This document shows, piece after piece, positions 1 through 8,444 of a stretch of 54,858 nucleotides of DNA (position 1 is the stretch's first letter; each line of letters opens with the position of its first letter). A program made the position numbers and the translations under genes. Origin of the DNA: Bacteroidota bacterium (GTDB lineage: Bacteria; Bacteroidota; Bacteroidia; Chitinophagales; Saprospiraceae); contig JAJRUR010000076.1 of the NCBI GenBank assembly GCA_024277695.1, forward strand, positions 1-54,858. Reading direction: 5' to 3'. Below the pieces are notes generated by a model. That model was not told the DNA's origin. It did no database searches and saw only the letters and a program-made list of their open reading frames with translations.

Positions 1-309
1 AATCTGACAGAAAAACTCCTTAAAAACTTGTTGAGTATTGTCAAAAAGATACAAAGTAGCCGGTAGTGATTTTGAAGATATTTGTAAATTGCATGGAGAG
101 ATGTTTTTTTGTCCACAACTACAATGCGCTGAAGTTCAGTTAATTATAGCTCATACAACTTCCTTTTTATTCTATTTTGTGACTACCGAAACTTGAGTAA
201 CTAAGCCCCCAAAGTCCAAAAAAAGTACTCCAAAACAAGCGGGCAATCTCGATACTGAGATTTTTTAGAAAAAATCCCTGAATAATTTTTTGAATTATTA
301 AAATTGAAT

Positions 310-317
310 TAGCTTTG
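310..317 (+). promoter_or_regulatory. Candidate Bacteroidota-type -7 promoter box (TAGCTTTG, fits TAnnTTTG) upstream of tRNA-Asp
   Basis: Exact match to the TAnnTTTG pattern. It lies 57 nt upstream of the mature tRNA 5' end, so a long leader would be needed. Confidence 0.3.
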
Positions 318-373
318 CAGCCGCTAGTAGCATAAAGCTGGTGTCTCTTCTAACGATAAGAGAAAATACAAAC

Positions 374-447
374 GGTCCGGTAGTTCAGTTGGTTAGAATA
401 CCTGCCTGTCACGCAGGGGGTCGCGAGTTCGAGTCTCGTCCGGACCG
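374..447 (+). tRNA. tRNA-Asp (anticodon GTC)
   Basis: Folds by hand into a 74-nt cloverleaf: acceptor GGTCCGG/CCGGACC, anticodon stem CCTGC/GCAGG with loop CTGTCAC, T-arm GCGAG-TTCGAGT-CTCGT, discriminator G. CCA is not encoded. Confidence 0.93.
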
Positions 448-592
448 CTTCATCATAGAAGCGCACATATTGTATATTTTAGAAACAATGTATAGCTACA
501 TTCTATTCTCCATATTCTTGCTCAGATATTGAACGATTAACCCAAGTACTACCTTCAAATATTGCGCATATGGATAAGTATTACTTTCTTTG

Positions 593-600
593 TATATTTG
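593..600 (+). promoter_or_regulatory. Candidate -7 promoter box (TATATTTG) for the 621-6610 gene cluster
   Basis: TAnnTTTG match 21 nt upstream of the ATG at 621, in an AT-rich spacer. Confidence 0.35.
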
Positions 601-620
601 CCCATATATCTTATTAAAGT

Positions 621-1295
621 ATGTCAGGAGTATTTAAACGTTTCAAGGATCTTTTTATCACAGATGATCCCACAGCTAAGAAAAAGGAAAATGTATCCCC
701 AAGTACATCTACGGCCCCGCCAAAAGATGCAGAACAAGACAGCCGGATGGATTCTATGGAAGATACCGGCACCACCGGCGAAGTCAATCGCAAGTTTTTA
801 GAACTCTTGTTCAATGCGCTCGAAGAAAACAACCTCGAAGGCTTTGACTATTTGGAGTACAAAAAATCTCTCCAATACCTCAAAAAGATGGACATGGACG
901 AAAAAACACGCTATCAGTCAGCTTTCGCTTCAGCTCGACCGATGGGTGCTACTACAAAAATCCTTTTAGACTCGGCTTCTTTTTATCTCGATATACTCGA
1001 AAAGGAACACCAACAGTTCAATGAAGCTTTCCAGAACCAATCAAAAAAACGAATCGAAGGAAATCAACAACTCAAGGTGGATCTCGAAAACCAAATGAGC
1101 TCAAAGAAGCAACAAATCGAACAACTGCAACAGCAAATCGAGCAAATGAGCAAACAACTCATAGATGTAGAAGAGCAAATCAAAACTGCTGCATCAAAAG
1201 TGACAAAAACCAAATCGGACTTCGTATCATCTTATGACTATCTGGTACGTCAGATAAAAACGGATATCACAAAAATCAAATCATATCTAAACTAA
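621..1295 (+). CDS. Coiled-coil protein of unknown function, with a Q/E/K-rich heptad-like C-terminal half
   Basis: 224-aa ORF. The N-terminus is disordered and low-complexity, followed by long helical, Q-rich segments (QQIEQLQQQIEQMSKQL). Its stop is 3 nt before the next start, which suggests translational coupling. Confidence 0.6.
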   Translation: MSGVFKRFKDLFITDDPTAKKKENVSPSTSTAPPKDAEQDSRMDSMEDTGTTGEVNRKFLELLFNALEENNLEGFDYLEYKKSLQYLKKMDMDEKTRYQSAFASARPMGATTKILLDSASFYLDILEKEHQQFNEAFQNQSKKRIEGNQQLKVDLENQMSSKKQQIEQLQQQIEQMSKQLIDVEEQIKTAASKVTKTKSDFVSSYDYLVRQIKTDITKIKSYLN

Positions 1296-1298
1296 CAT

Positions 1299-2315
1299 AT
1301 GGCACGTAATAAAACAAAAACATTTTGGTCAAAACCCGAAGGCAAAACCGGTTTGCTTTTTCTTATCGGACTAATAGTAGGGGGAGGCATACTCGTGACC
1401 AAAGCCCTGCCTTGGCTCATAGCAGCTACATCCAATATTATCTCCCTTTCGATTATGCTGCTCGTTTTGGGAGCACTCATCTATATGGTACTCGACCCCA
1501 AAACTAGAGCTCTTGTAGGCTATATGTACAAAAGCGTTATGCGATGGATTACCGGTCTATTCATTCAGATAGATCCCATAGGAATACTCAAGTCCTATGT
1601 CGATGATCTAAGAACCAATCTCAAAAAAATGAATAAACAGATATCTATGCTACGCGGTCAAATGCACCAACTCAAAGAGCAGATCATCAACAACCAAAAA
1701 CAAATCAAATCCAACCTGGAACTGGCCAGTCAAGCAAAAAATTCTGACAAAAGGGCTATGGTCGTACTAAAAACCCGAAAAGCAGGACGACTAAAAGAAT
1801 CCAACTTGAAGTTGGAAGATCTATATAAAAAGATGGAAATCCTCTACCGTGTATTGGGCAAAATGTATGAAAACTCTGAAATAATGCTCGAGGACATCCA
1901 AGACCAAGTTATGGTCAAAGAACAAGAACGAAAGGCCATCCATGCTTCCAATAGCGCAATGAAATCTGCCATGAACATCATCACGGGCAATAAGGACAAA
2001 CGTCAGATGTTTGATCAAGCACTCGAGGCCATCGCTGACGACGTTAGTTCCAAAGTTGGCGAAATGGAGCGTTTCATGGAGATGAGCGAAGGCTTTATGA
2101 ACTCCATCGACCTACAAAATGGTGTGTTTGAAGAAGAAGGCCTCAAAATGCTGGAAAAATGGGAAAAAGAAGGCGCCTCGCTGATACTCGGTGACGAAAA
2201 AGAAACCCTGCTGCTTCAGGCTGAGGACGATAGCAATGTACTAGATCTCGATGCCCCCATTTCTGCACCGCAGAAAGTAGGACGCACCAACCAATATGAT
2301 AACTTATTCGATTGA
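1299..2315 (+). CDS. Membrane-anchored PspA/IM30 (ESCRT-III superfamily)-like protein
   Basis: 338 aa. Two N-terminal hydrophobic helices (LLFLIGLIVGGGILV and IISLSIMLLVLGALIYMVL) are followed by about 200 aa of long amphipathic helices. The pattern after IDPIGILKSYVDDLRTNLKKMN resembles the PspA helix alpha1-alpha4 layout (EDPxKL..MI.EM...L). The family assignment is by eye only. Confidence 0.45.
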   Translation: MARNKTKTFWSKPEGKTGLLFLIGLIVGGGILVTKALPWLIAATSNIISLSIMLLVLGALIYMVLDPKTRALVGYMYKSVMRWITGLFIQIDPIGILKSYVDDLRTNLKKMNKQISMLRGQMHQLKEQIINNQKQIKSNLELASQAKNSDKRAMVVLKTRKAGRLKESNLKLEDLYKKMEILYRVLGKMYENSEIMLEDIQDQVMVKEQERKAIHASNSAMKSAMNIITGNKDKRQMFDQALEAIADDVSSKVGEMERFMEMSEGFMNSIDLQNGVFEEEGLKMLEKWEKEGASLILGDEKETLLLQAEDDSNVLDLDAPISAPQKVGRTNQYDNLFD

Positions 2316-2361
2316 TTCCTGATCAAAAATTTAAAAATATCTACTTCAAAAATAACGAATT

Positions 2362-3972
2362 ATGGCTACACGATTAACACCTTTATCAAAAATTCTCATA
2401 ACATTACTCATCTTGGGAGGTCTGTATTTTTTGGGTAACTACATCTTTAATAATACGAGATTTGGTACTGAACTCAAACAAAAAGCCGAAGAAAAAGCAG
2501 CAGAAATCGAAAAACCAAAAGATAGTAATCGAATCAAAATCGAATCCAAATCCGGAAAAATCAACAACAAGAAAGACTTTTCTGATGAAGATATCCTCAA
2601 AGTGCAAGTGTTTACTTGGGGAGGATATGCACCTGGAATATATTTTAATGAAGGCTATGAAGCTACAAAGCGTAGCAGATTTTGGAAAGATTACGGTCTG
2701 GCAGTACAGTTTGTGTTGATGGATGACTTTGATGCTTCGCGACAAGCATGGATCGCTGATGAGGTACACCTCTTGGGCAATACCGTAGATGCGATGCCTA
2801 CCGAAATGGAGCGCCTCGGCAAATACAAACCGCAGATCGTTATGCAAGTCGATTGGTCTCGTGGCGGCGATGCCGTAATAGCAAGTAGGGCAGTCAATAA
2901 TGTCAATGACCTCAAAGGCAAACAAATAGCAGTAGCTCCATCGACACCCTCTCAGACTTTTCTCTATAAGATGTTGCAAGCAGCAGGGATGAGCCTTAGA
3001 GATGTCAAAGTCGTAGAAGTACCTAGCGCCATTGATGCAGCGACAGCTTTTAAATCCGGCAAAGTAGATGCAGCCGTAGTATGGAGCCCGGATGATATTC
3101 TTGCCACGCGTGCAGTTCCGGGATCCAAAATCCTTTGGAGTACCAAAGAAGCTTCTCATATTATAGGTGATATCTTTGTAGCCAAAAAAGACTATGTCGA
3201 TGCCCATCGCGAAAAAATCCATAAATTTTATGAAGGATGGATGCGAGCCATCGCCGAAATCAACGCCAGTCCTTCCAATTACAAAAAAGCTGCCAAACTA
3301 TTTGGTGAGGGCACAGGTCTGTCACCGGCAGATGCAGAGGGTGCTATGCGTACCGTCCGCTTTACGAATCATGGAGATAATCAAAACTTCTTTGGACTTA
3401 ATCCAACGTACAAAGGAGTCACCGGAGAGGACCTCTGGACAGAGATGAGTGATGTGTTTGGCAAATTGGGATTCGCACCCAAAAATGTTCCGGCTTGGAG
3501 AAATGTAGCCTATCCCCGTACGGTTACTTCCGCAAAACTATCCGGCCCCTTACACCTCGGCGAGGGACAAAAGAAATTTACACCGGCTACAGCCAAAGTA
3601 AAATCTGCCCCGGCGATATCTACCAAACCCATCAGTATCACTTTCCCCACAGGTCAATGGACACTCGGCGAAAATGCCAAAACGCTCATCGATCTCCAGT
3701 TGGCAGATATAGCCAAGGCATTCGGCAATAGTAGGATACGCGTAGAGGGAAATACCGACAATGTAGGCGCTTATGATATGAATAAAAAACTATCGCTCAA
3801 AAGAGCCGAATCGGTAGCACACTATTTACAAAACACCTACAACATGGACAAAAACCGATTTATCATCGTTGGGAATGGACCGGACAAACCGGTCAAAGGC
3901 TGTGAACAGAACCAGTCCAATGCTTGTAAAGCCAAAAATCGAAGAACAGAGTTCCAACTTATTAACGGTTAG
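2362..3972 (+). CDS. ABC-transporter substrate-binding protein (NMT1/nitrate-sulfonate-bicarbonate-like) fused to a C-terminal OmpA-like peptidoglycan-binding domain, with an N-terminal signal anchor
   Basis: 536 aa. N-terminal TM helix with no lipobox Cys, then a K/E-rich linker, then a periplasmic-binding-protein-like core. The C-terminus carries an OmpA_C signature (RVEGNTDNVG...LSLKRAESVAHYL...NRRTEFQL). Confidence 0.75.
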   Translation: MATRLTPLSKILITLLILGGLYFLGNYIFNNTRFGTELKQKAEEKAAEIEKPKDSNRIKIESKSGKINNKKDFSDEDILKVQVFTWGGYAPGIYFNEGYEATKRSRFWKDYGLAVQFVLMDDFDASRQAWIADEVHLLGNTVDAMPTEMERLGKYKPQIVMQVDWSRGGDAVIASRAVNNVNDLKGKQIAVAPSTPSQTFLYKMLQAAGMSLRDVKVVEVPSAIDAATAFKSGKVDAAVVWSPDDILATRAVPGSKILWSTKEASHIIGDIFVAKKDYVDAHREKIHKFYEGWMRAIAEINASPSNYKKAAKLFGEGTGLSPADAEGAMRTVRFTNHGDNQNFFGLNPTYKGVTGEDLWTEMSDVFGKLGFAPKNVPAWRNVAYPRTVTSAKLSGPLHLGEGQKKFTPATAKVKSAPAISTKPISITFPTGQWTLGENAKTLIDLQLADIAKAFGNSRIRVEGNTDNVGAYDMNKKLSLKRAESVAHYLQNTYNMDKNRFIIVGNGPDKPVKGCEQNQSNACKAKNRRTEFQLING

Positions 3973-3982
3973 CTCGGTACGC

Positions 3983-5047
3983 ATGCTAGATGATCTTTTC
4001 AAATTACAATCCAAACCATCTAAAAAAACTTACTTGGTTCTGGCTATCGCCGGTTTATTGGCAAGTTTGTTACTTTGGATTGTGCTGACAGCCGGTCAAA
4101 AACCCTTCGTCAATACCAGTATCCTACCCAAACCCATCGATGTATTCAAAGCTTTTGGAACACTCTATCGAGATAACAATCTCATCCAGAATATTACCAA
4201 ATCCATCGGACTCAATCTAGCGGGATATATGGAGGCCATACTCCTAGCTGTACCTTTGGGATTCCTTATTGGACTCATTCCATTTTTTCGAGGATTTTCG
4301 CAGCGACAGGTAGATGCCATACGTTATCTACCATTAACTGCAGTGATCGGCATCTTTATCACAGCATTCGGTCTCGGTATCCCGATGAAAGTCCACTTCT
4401 TGGCATTCGGTATATTTATCTATCTGCTGCCCGTGGTAGTACAGCGTATCGATGAGGTCAAAGAAGTCTATCTCAAAACAGTATATACGCTTGGAGCTAC
4501 AGACTGGCAAACCATTAAAACCGTCTATTTTCCTTCTGTGATGTCCAGACTCTCTGATGATATCCGAGTACTTACTGCTATCTCTTGGACTTATATTATC
4601 ATCGCCGAAAGTATGGGTAATTTTGGCGGTATCGGTGCTTCTATATGGAGAGCAGGTACGCGACAGGGCAGAATGGATAAGGTCTTTGCTTTGCTCGTCA
4701 TCATCATGGTACTTGGTGTCATCCAAGACAAGTTATTTATCTATTTGGATAAAAAATTTTTTGGATTCAAATTTCTAACCAAAAACAAATATGCCAAGGA
4801 AAAACCCGTTACAAATTCAGCACTCAAGTCGCTGTGGCATTTTGTAAGCCAGATAAGTACTTGGATCTTCCTTTTAGGTTATGTATCCTTAGCGCTTTCC
4901 GAAGTCTTTTCTTTGACCGGAGATGTCAAACCGTTATATTATCTTTTCGGACCAACGATTTGGGTTATACACTTTATAGTTTTCTTAGTACTTGTATATA
5001 AAGCATATCGTTTTTGGTATCGCAAAAAATATGCCTATTCTTTTTAA
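3983..5047 (+). CDS. ABC transporter permease (NitT/TauT-type binding-protein-dependent inner membrane component) with extra C-terminal TM helices
   Basis: I moved the start to the ATG at 3983, 10 nt after the upstream stop. The track start at 3869 would overlap the OmpA domain. The protein is multi-pass hydrophobic with an EAA-like loop region (IDEVKEVYLKTVYTLGATDWQTIKTVYFP). Confidence 0.8.
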   Translation: MLDDLFKLQSKPSKKTYLVLAIAGLLASLLLWIVLTAGQKPFVNTSILPKPIDVFKAFGTLYRDNNLIQNITKSIGLNLAGYMEAILLAVPLGFLIGLIPFFRGFSQRQVDAIRYLPLTAVIGIFITAFGLGIPMKVHFLAFGIFIYLLPVVVQRIDEVKEVYLKTVYTLGATDWQTIKTVYFPSVMSRLSDDIRVLTAISWTYIIIAESMGNFGGIGASIWRAGTRQGRMDKVFALLVIIMVLGVIQDKLFIYLDKKFFGFKFLTKNKYAKEKPVTNSALKSLWHFVSQISTWIFLLGYVSLALSEVFSLTGDVKPLYYLFGPTIWVIHFIVFLVLVYKAYRFWYRKKYAYSF

Positions 5048-5101
5048 AAATCAAAAGTAAACTTGTAAGACGACTATGGTTTACTCCGAACAAAATACTT
5101 T

Positions 5102-5785
5102 ATGAATTATATATTAAGCCTAGAGAAAGAAATCAGGTCTTCGATAGATCAGATACTCAACCACCCCTTTATAAATCGGATTGCAGATGGATGGCTCAAC
5201 CAACAGCAGTTACAGTATTTTGCAAAAGAATATTTCGTCTATTGTTTTCACTTTCCGAGATTCTTATCAGCTTGTGCAGCTAATATACCCGATGACGAAA
5301 CACGACTTGCAATTATAGAAAACCTTTGGGAAGAGCATGGTGAGGGCAATCCCGATAAGTCGCACCGCAAATTATATGAGCGTTTTGCACTCGCTACCGG
5401 ACTCCGCCATGAAGATTTAACTTTTGCTAAAGCCCTTCCCTCAACTCGGATTTGTATTGAAAATCTTCTCAACCTCTGTATCCATGAACACTTTCTTGTA
5501 TCTCTGGGAGCACTCGGTCCCGGTACAGAATATTTTACCAATGACGAATACAAAAAAATAGAGTCCGGACTAAAACTTTATGATTTCCTTGAACCGGAGG
5601 ACTATACGTTTTGGACGATTCATATCGGACTGGATGACATCCATTATGCGGAGATGGTCAAACCGGTAGAGAAATGGTTGGACAAAAAAATCAATCGCGA
5701 GCGATTAAAAAAAGGAGCAGAGCGCGCTATCGAATTAGAATTGCTATTTTGGGATGGATTGGAAGAACATCTACCCGGCAAATAA
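5102..5785 (+). CDS. Heme-oxygenase-like fold iron-containing redox enzyme (PqqC/CADD/TenA-like family)
   Basis: 227 aa. Carries HPFINRIADGWLNQQQLQYFAKEY plus ENLWEEHGEGNPDKSHRKLYERF, the E..EE.G.G....H..L..F pattern typical of CADD/PqqC-like di-iron proteins. Confidence 0.6.
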   Translation: MNYILSLEKEIRSSIDQILNHPFINRIADGWLNQQQLQYFAKEYFVYCFHFPRFLSACAANIPDDETRLAIIENLWEEHGEGNPDKSHRKLYERFALATGLRHEDLTFAKALPSTRICIENLLNLCIHEHFLVSLGALGPGTEYFTNDEYKKIESGLKLYDFLEPEDYTFWTIHIGLDDIHYAEMVKPVEKWLDKKINRERLKKGAERAIELELLFWDGLEEHLPGK

Positions 5786-5794
5786 TGTATCCAT

Positions 5795-6610
5795 ATGGCT
5801 AAAGTAGACTTTACAGATCGGCAGAATAGACCAAATATCATCGAATTGAAGGATGTGTCTCAAAGTTATGATGGCGGCGAGACCTATGTACTAAAAGATG
5901 TTAATTTCTTGATTGAAGATAAACCTGAACAGGGACAGTTCGTTTGTATCTTGGGCCCTTCAGGTTCTGGAAAGTCCACCATTTTGCGCTACATAGCCAA
6001 CCTCCAAAAACCAACTTCAGGAGAGGTCCTCATCAAAGGAAAACCGGCATCGCGCGAGCACAGAGTCAGTATGGTATTTCAGCAGTACTCTTCTCTTCCT
6101 TGGATGACCGTCCTCGATAATGTCGGTCTCGCTCTCCGATATCAAGGATTTGACAAAAAAACACGCGATCAAAAAGCTATGGAGATGATCGAACTGGTCG
6201 GACTTGCTGGTCAAGAGAAAAAATTTGCTCAATATCCTACACTCTCAGGTGGACAGTTACAACGTGTGGCGATCGCACGATCGCTCCTGGCCAATTCACA
6301 AATTATATTGATGGACGAACCTTTTGGTGCTCTTGATGTCAAAACCAGACTACAGATGCAAGATCTATTAGAAGACCTCTGGATCAAATTTCAACCTACA
6401 GTCGTCTTCGTCACCCATGATATCTCAGAAGCTGTATATCTGGGGGATGATATCTATGTCCTAAAGTCTGCTCCTGCATATTTTGTAGAGCACATCAAGG
6501 TAGATCTTCCCTTCGGTCGTGATCGTACTATTAAGCGAGATCCCAAATTTATCGAAATGGTACGAAGTATAGAAGATATTATGGTGGCCCTTTCTTCGGA
6601 AAAGAAATAA
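5795..6610 (+). CDS. ABC transporter ATP-binding protein (NitT/TauT family)
   Basis: Walker A GPSGSGKST, signature LSGGQLQRVAIARSL, Walker B ILMDEPFGALD, H-loop VTHD. Confidence 0.92.
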   Translation: MAKVDFTDRQNRPNIIELKDVSQSYDGGETYVLKDVNFLIEDKPEQGQFVCILGPSGSGKSTILRYIANLQKPTSGEVLIKGKPASREHRVSMVFQQYSSLPWMTVLDNVGLALRYQGFDKKTRDQKAMEMIELVGLAGQEKKFAQYPTLSGGQLQRVAIARSLLANSQIILMDEPFGALDVKTRLQMQDLLEDLWIKFQPTVVFVTHDISEAVYLGDDIYVLKSAPAYFVEHIKVDLPFGRDRTIKRDPKFIEMVRSIEDIMVALSSEKK

Positions 6611-6925
6611 TACACCCAAAAAGTAGCCTTGCCAATATACTTCATTTTCCTTTTTGCTTCGTCTTTTCCATATCAAAACGGATTATTCAAGGAGCATTTT
6701 GCTAAAAATGTATGATAATATGCTCATAACTTCATTATTTCAACAAAAAGTATTATATTTCGTGACCCCTAGCAATATAGTTATATAATATCCATCCGAT
6801 TTTGAACGTATAAATTGGTATGTAGATAAGTATATAGACTATAAACTTGATGGAAATTACTTGAAAAGTAGGATGCCTCAAGTTGTTTTTTTTGAAATCT
6901 ATTTTTTAACAAAATTCTTACTAAA

Positions 6926-8233
6926 ATGAGAAACTATTTTACTAAACGAATACTACAAGTACTATTTGTAGTTTTTGGACTCAGTACGAGTCTTCTTGCC
7001 ACAGATGGCTATTTCTCTTTGGGTTACGGGGCAATTATGAAGAGTTTAGGAGGGACAGGAGTCGCCTACTACTACACAGCCATTATCAACGGAAATCCTG
7101 CCGGCCTCAGTATGTTGGGCAATAGCTATGAGGTCAATCTCGCCTTATTCAGTCCGGACAGACAATACAAAGTGACTGGTGCACCTTCAGGACTTCCCGG
7201 CAGATTTGGATTAACTCCGGGTACTGTAGTGAGTGATAAGAAACTGTTTTTGATACCTAATTTTGGTGCAAACTGGATGTTAGGAGAAAACAGCGCCCTC
7301 GGCATATCCGTTTATGGCAATGGTGGGATGAATACTACATATCCCACCGCTACATTCTATGATCAAAGTTCTACAACAACAGGAGTAGATTTAGCGCAGC
7401 TTTTTTCTAATATTTCTTTCTCTCATAAATTTGGTGCGAACCATAGTATCGGAGTTTCAGCCGTTTTAGCTTATCAATATTTTGAAGCAAATGGACTCGC
7501 AGCATTTGGAGGATTTAGTATGGATGGTACCAAACTAAGCGGAAATGGCAAATCTTCATCAACAGGAATAGGGTTCAAAATCGGTTATATGGGCAATCTC
7601 ACCGATGCTTTGCACCTTGGCTTGGTCTATCAGAGCCGTGTCAGTATGAGTCCTTTTGAGGAGTATGCAGGTTTATTTGCAGAAGGAGGAGACTTTGATA
7701 TCCCTTCTTATTGGCAAGCAGGACTCAAATATGATTTGAGTGATAAGTTTGCTGTATTGTTCGATGTAAAACAAATCATGTATTCGCAAGTCAATTCTAT
7801 TGCAAATCCAATGAATCTTCGAGAAAATTCGCCGGCACTGCCCGATGATAGTCCCAATCCAAATTTTCAACCCCTCGGCTCTGTAGCTGGTTGGGGTTTT
7901 GGTTGGCAAGATATGCTTAGCTTAAAGTTTGGTCTGGAGTATATGGCGAGCGAGAGCTTTACTTTTAGAGCAGGATTTTCTGCAGGAGAGCAGCCTATAC
8001 CCACGACGGAGGTATTGTTCAATATCTTGGCACCGGGTGTGATCAATAACCATTTGGCACTCGGATTTAGCAAAAAAATGGGTGATAATAGTCTCAATTT
8101 TTCTTTCAATTATGCATTTAGAAATGCTGTGACCGGAATGAATCCGTTGGAATTTGATATGACAGGAGCATTGACACAAGAAATAGAAATCAGCATGAGC
8201 CAGTTTGATGTGGCTTTGGGCTTTACTTTCTAG
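6926..8233 (+). CDS. Outer-membrane transport protein of the OMPP1/FadL/TodX family
   Basis: 435 aa with a signal peptide. The sequence is beta-strand rich and alternating, with an N-terminal GYFSLGYGAIMKSLGGTGVA hatch-like motif and a terminal aromatic residue (GFTF). Confidence 0.7.
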   Translation: MRNYFTKRILQVLFVVFGLSTSLLATDGYFSLGYGAIMKSLGGTGVAYYYTAIINGNPAGLSMLGNSYEVNLALFSPDRQYKVTGAPSGLPGRFGLTPGTVVSDKKLFLIPNFGANWMLGENSALGISVYGNGGMNTTYPTATFYDQSSTTTGVDLAQLFSNISFSHKFGANHSIGVSAVLAYQYFEANGLAAFGGFSMDGTKLSGNGKSSSTGIGFKIGYMGNLTDALHLGLVYQSRVSMSPFEEYAGLFAEGGDFDIPSYWQAGLKYDLSDKFAVLFDVKQIMYSQVNSIANPMNLRENSPALPDDSPNPNFQPLGSVAGWGFGWQDMLSLKFGLEYMASESFTFRAGFSAGEQPIPTTEVLFNILAPGVINNHLALGFSKKMGDNSLNFSFNYAFRNAVTGMNPLEFDMTGALTQEIEISMSQFDVALGFTF

Positions 8234-8271
8234 TTTTTTTTGCTAGATAATTCATATTTATTCTAATCATA

Positions 8272-8307
8272 CAGACTGCTCCGAATCGGAGCAGTCTGTT
8301 TTTTTTT
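8272..8307 (+). terminator. Rho-independent terminator after the FadL-like gene
   Basis: Perfect hairpin CAGACTGCTCC-GAAT-CGGAGCAGTCTG followed by a run of 9 T. Confidence 0.85.
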
Positions 8308-8444
8308 GTATCTCGCTATATAATGGATACCATATAACAAAATAATCAACAGAATTCGGCTTTGTAGAACTTTGTAAACTCTATAATACGTTATAAGATT
8401 ATATTCAACACGCAAACTTCTGCGGATATAACCAAAAACCAAAA

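Noticed and set aside
245-266. A weak hairpin AATCTC-GATACT-GAGATT plus T-run near the window start.
   Set aside because: The stem is only 6 bp and no upstream gene is visible in the window. It cannot be evaluated.
341-532. A 63-aa ORF.
   Set aside because: It overlaps tRNA-Asp on the same strand and is an artefact.
2404-3222. A 272-aa antisense ORF inside the binding-protein gene.
   Set aside because: Its composition is Cys/Phe/Tyr/Ile-rich with no recognisable motif. It fully overlaps a sense-strand ORF with clear binding-protein and OmpA motifs. It is a typical shadow ORF in AT-rich DNA.
3869-3982. A long N-terminal extension of the permease ORF that overlaps the OmpA-like domain coding region.
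   Set aside because: The internal ATG at 3983 lies 10 nt after the upstream stop and precedes the first TM segment, so the extension is unnecessary.
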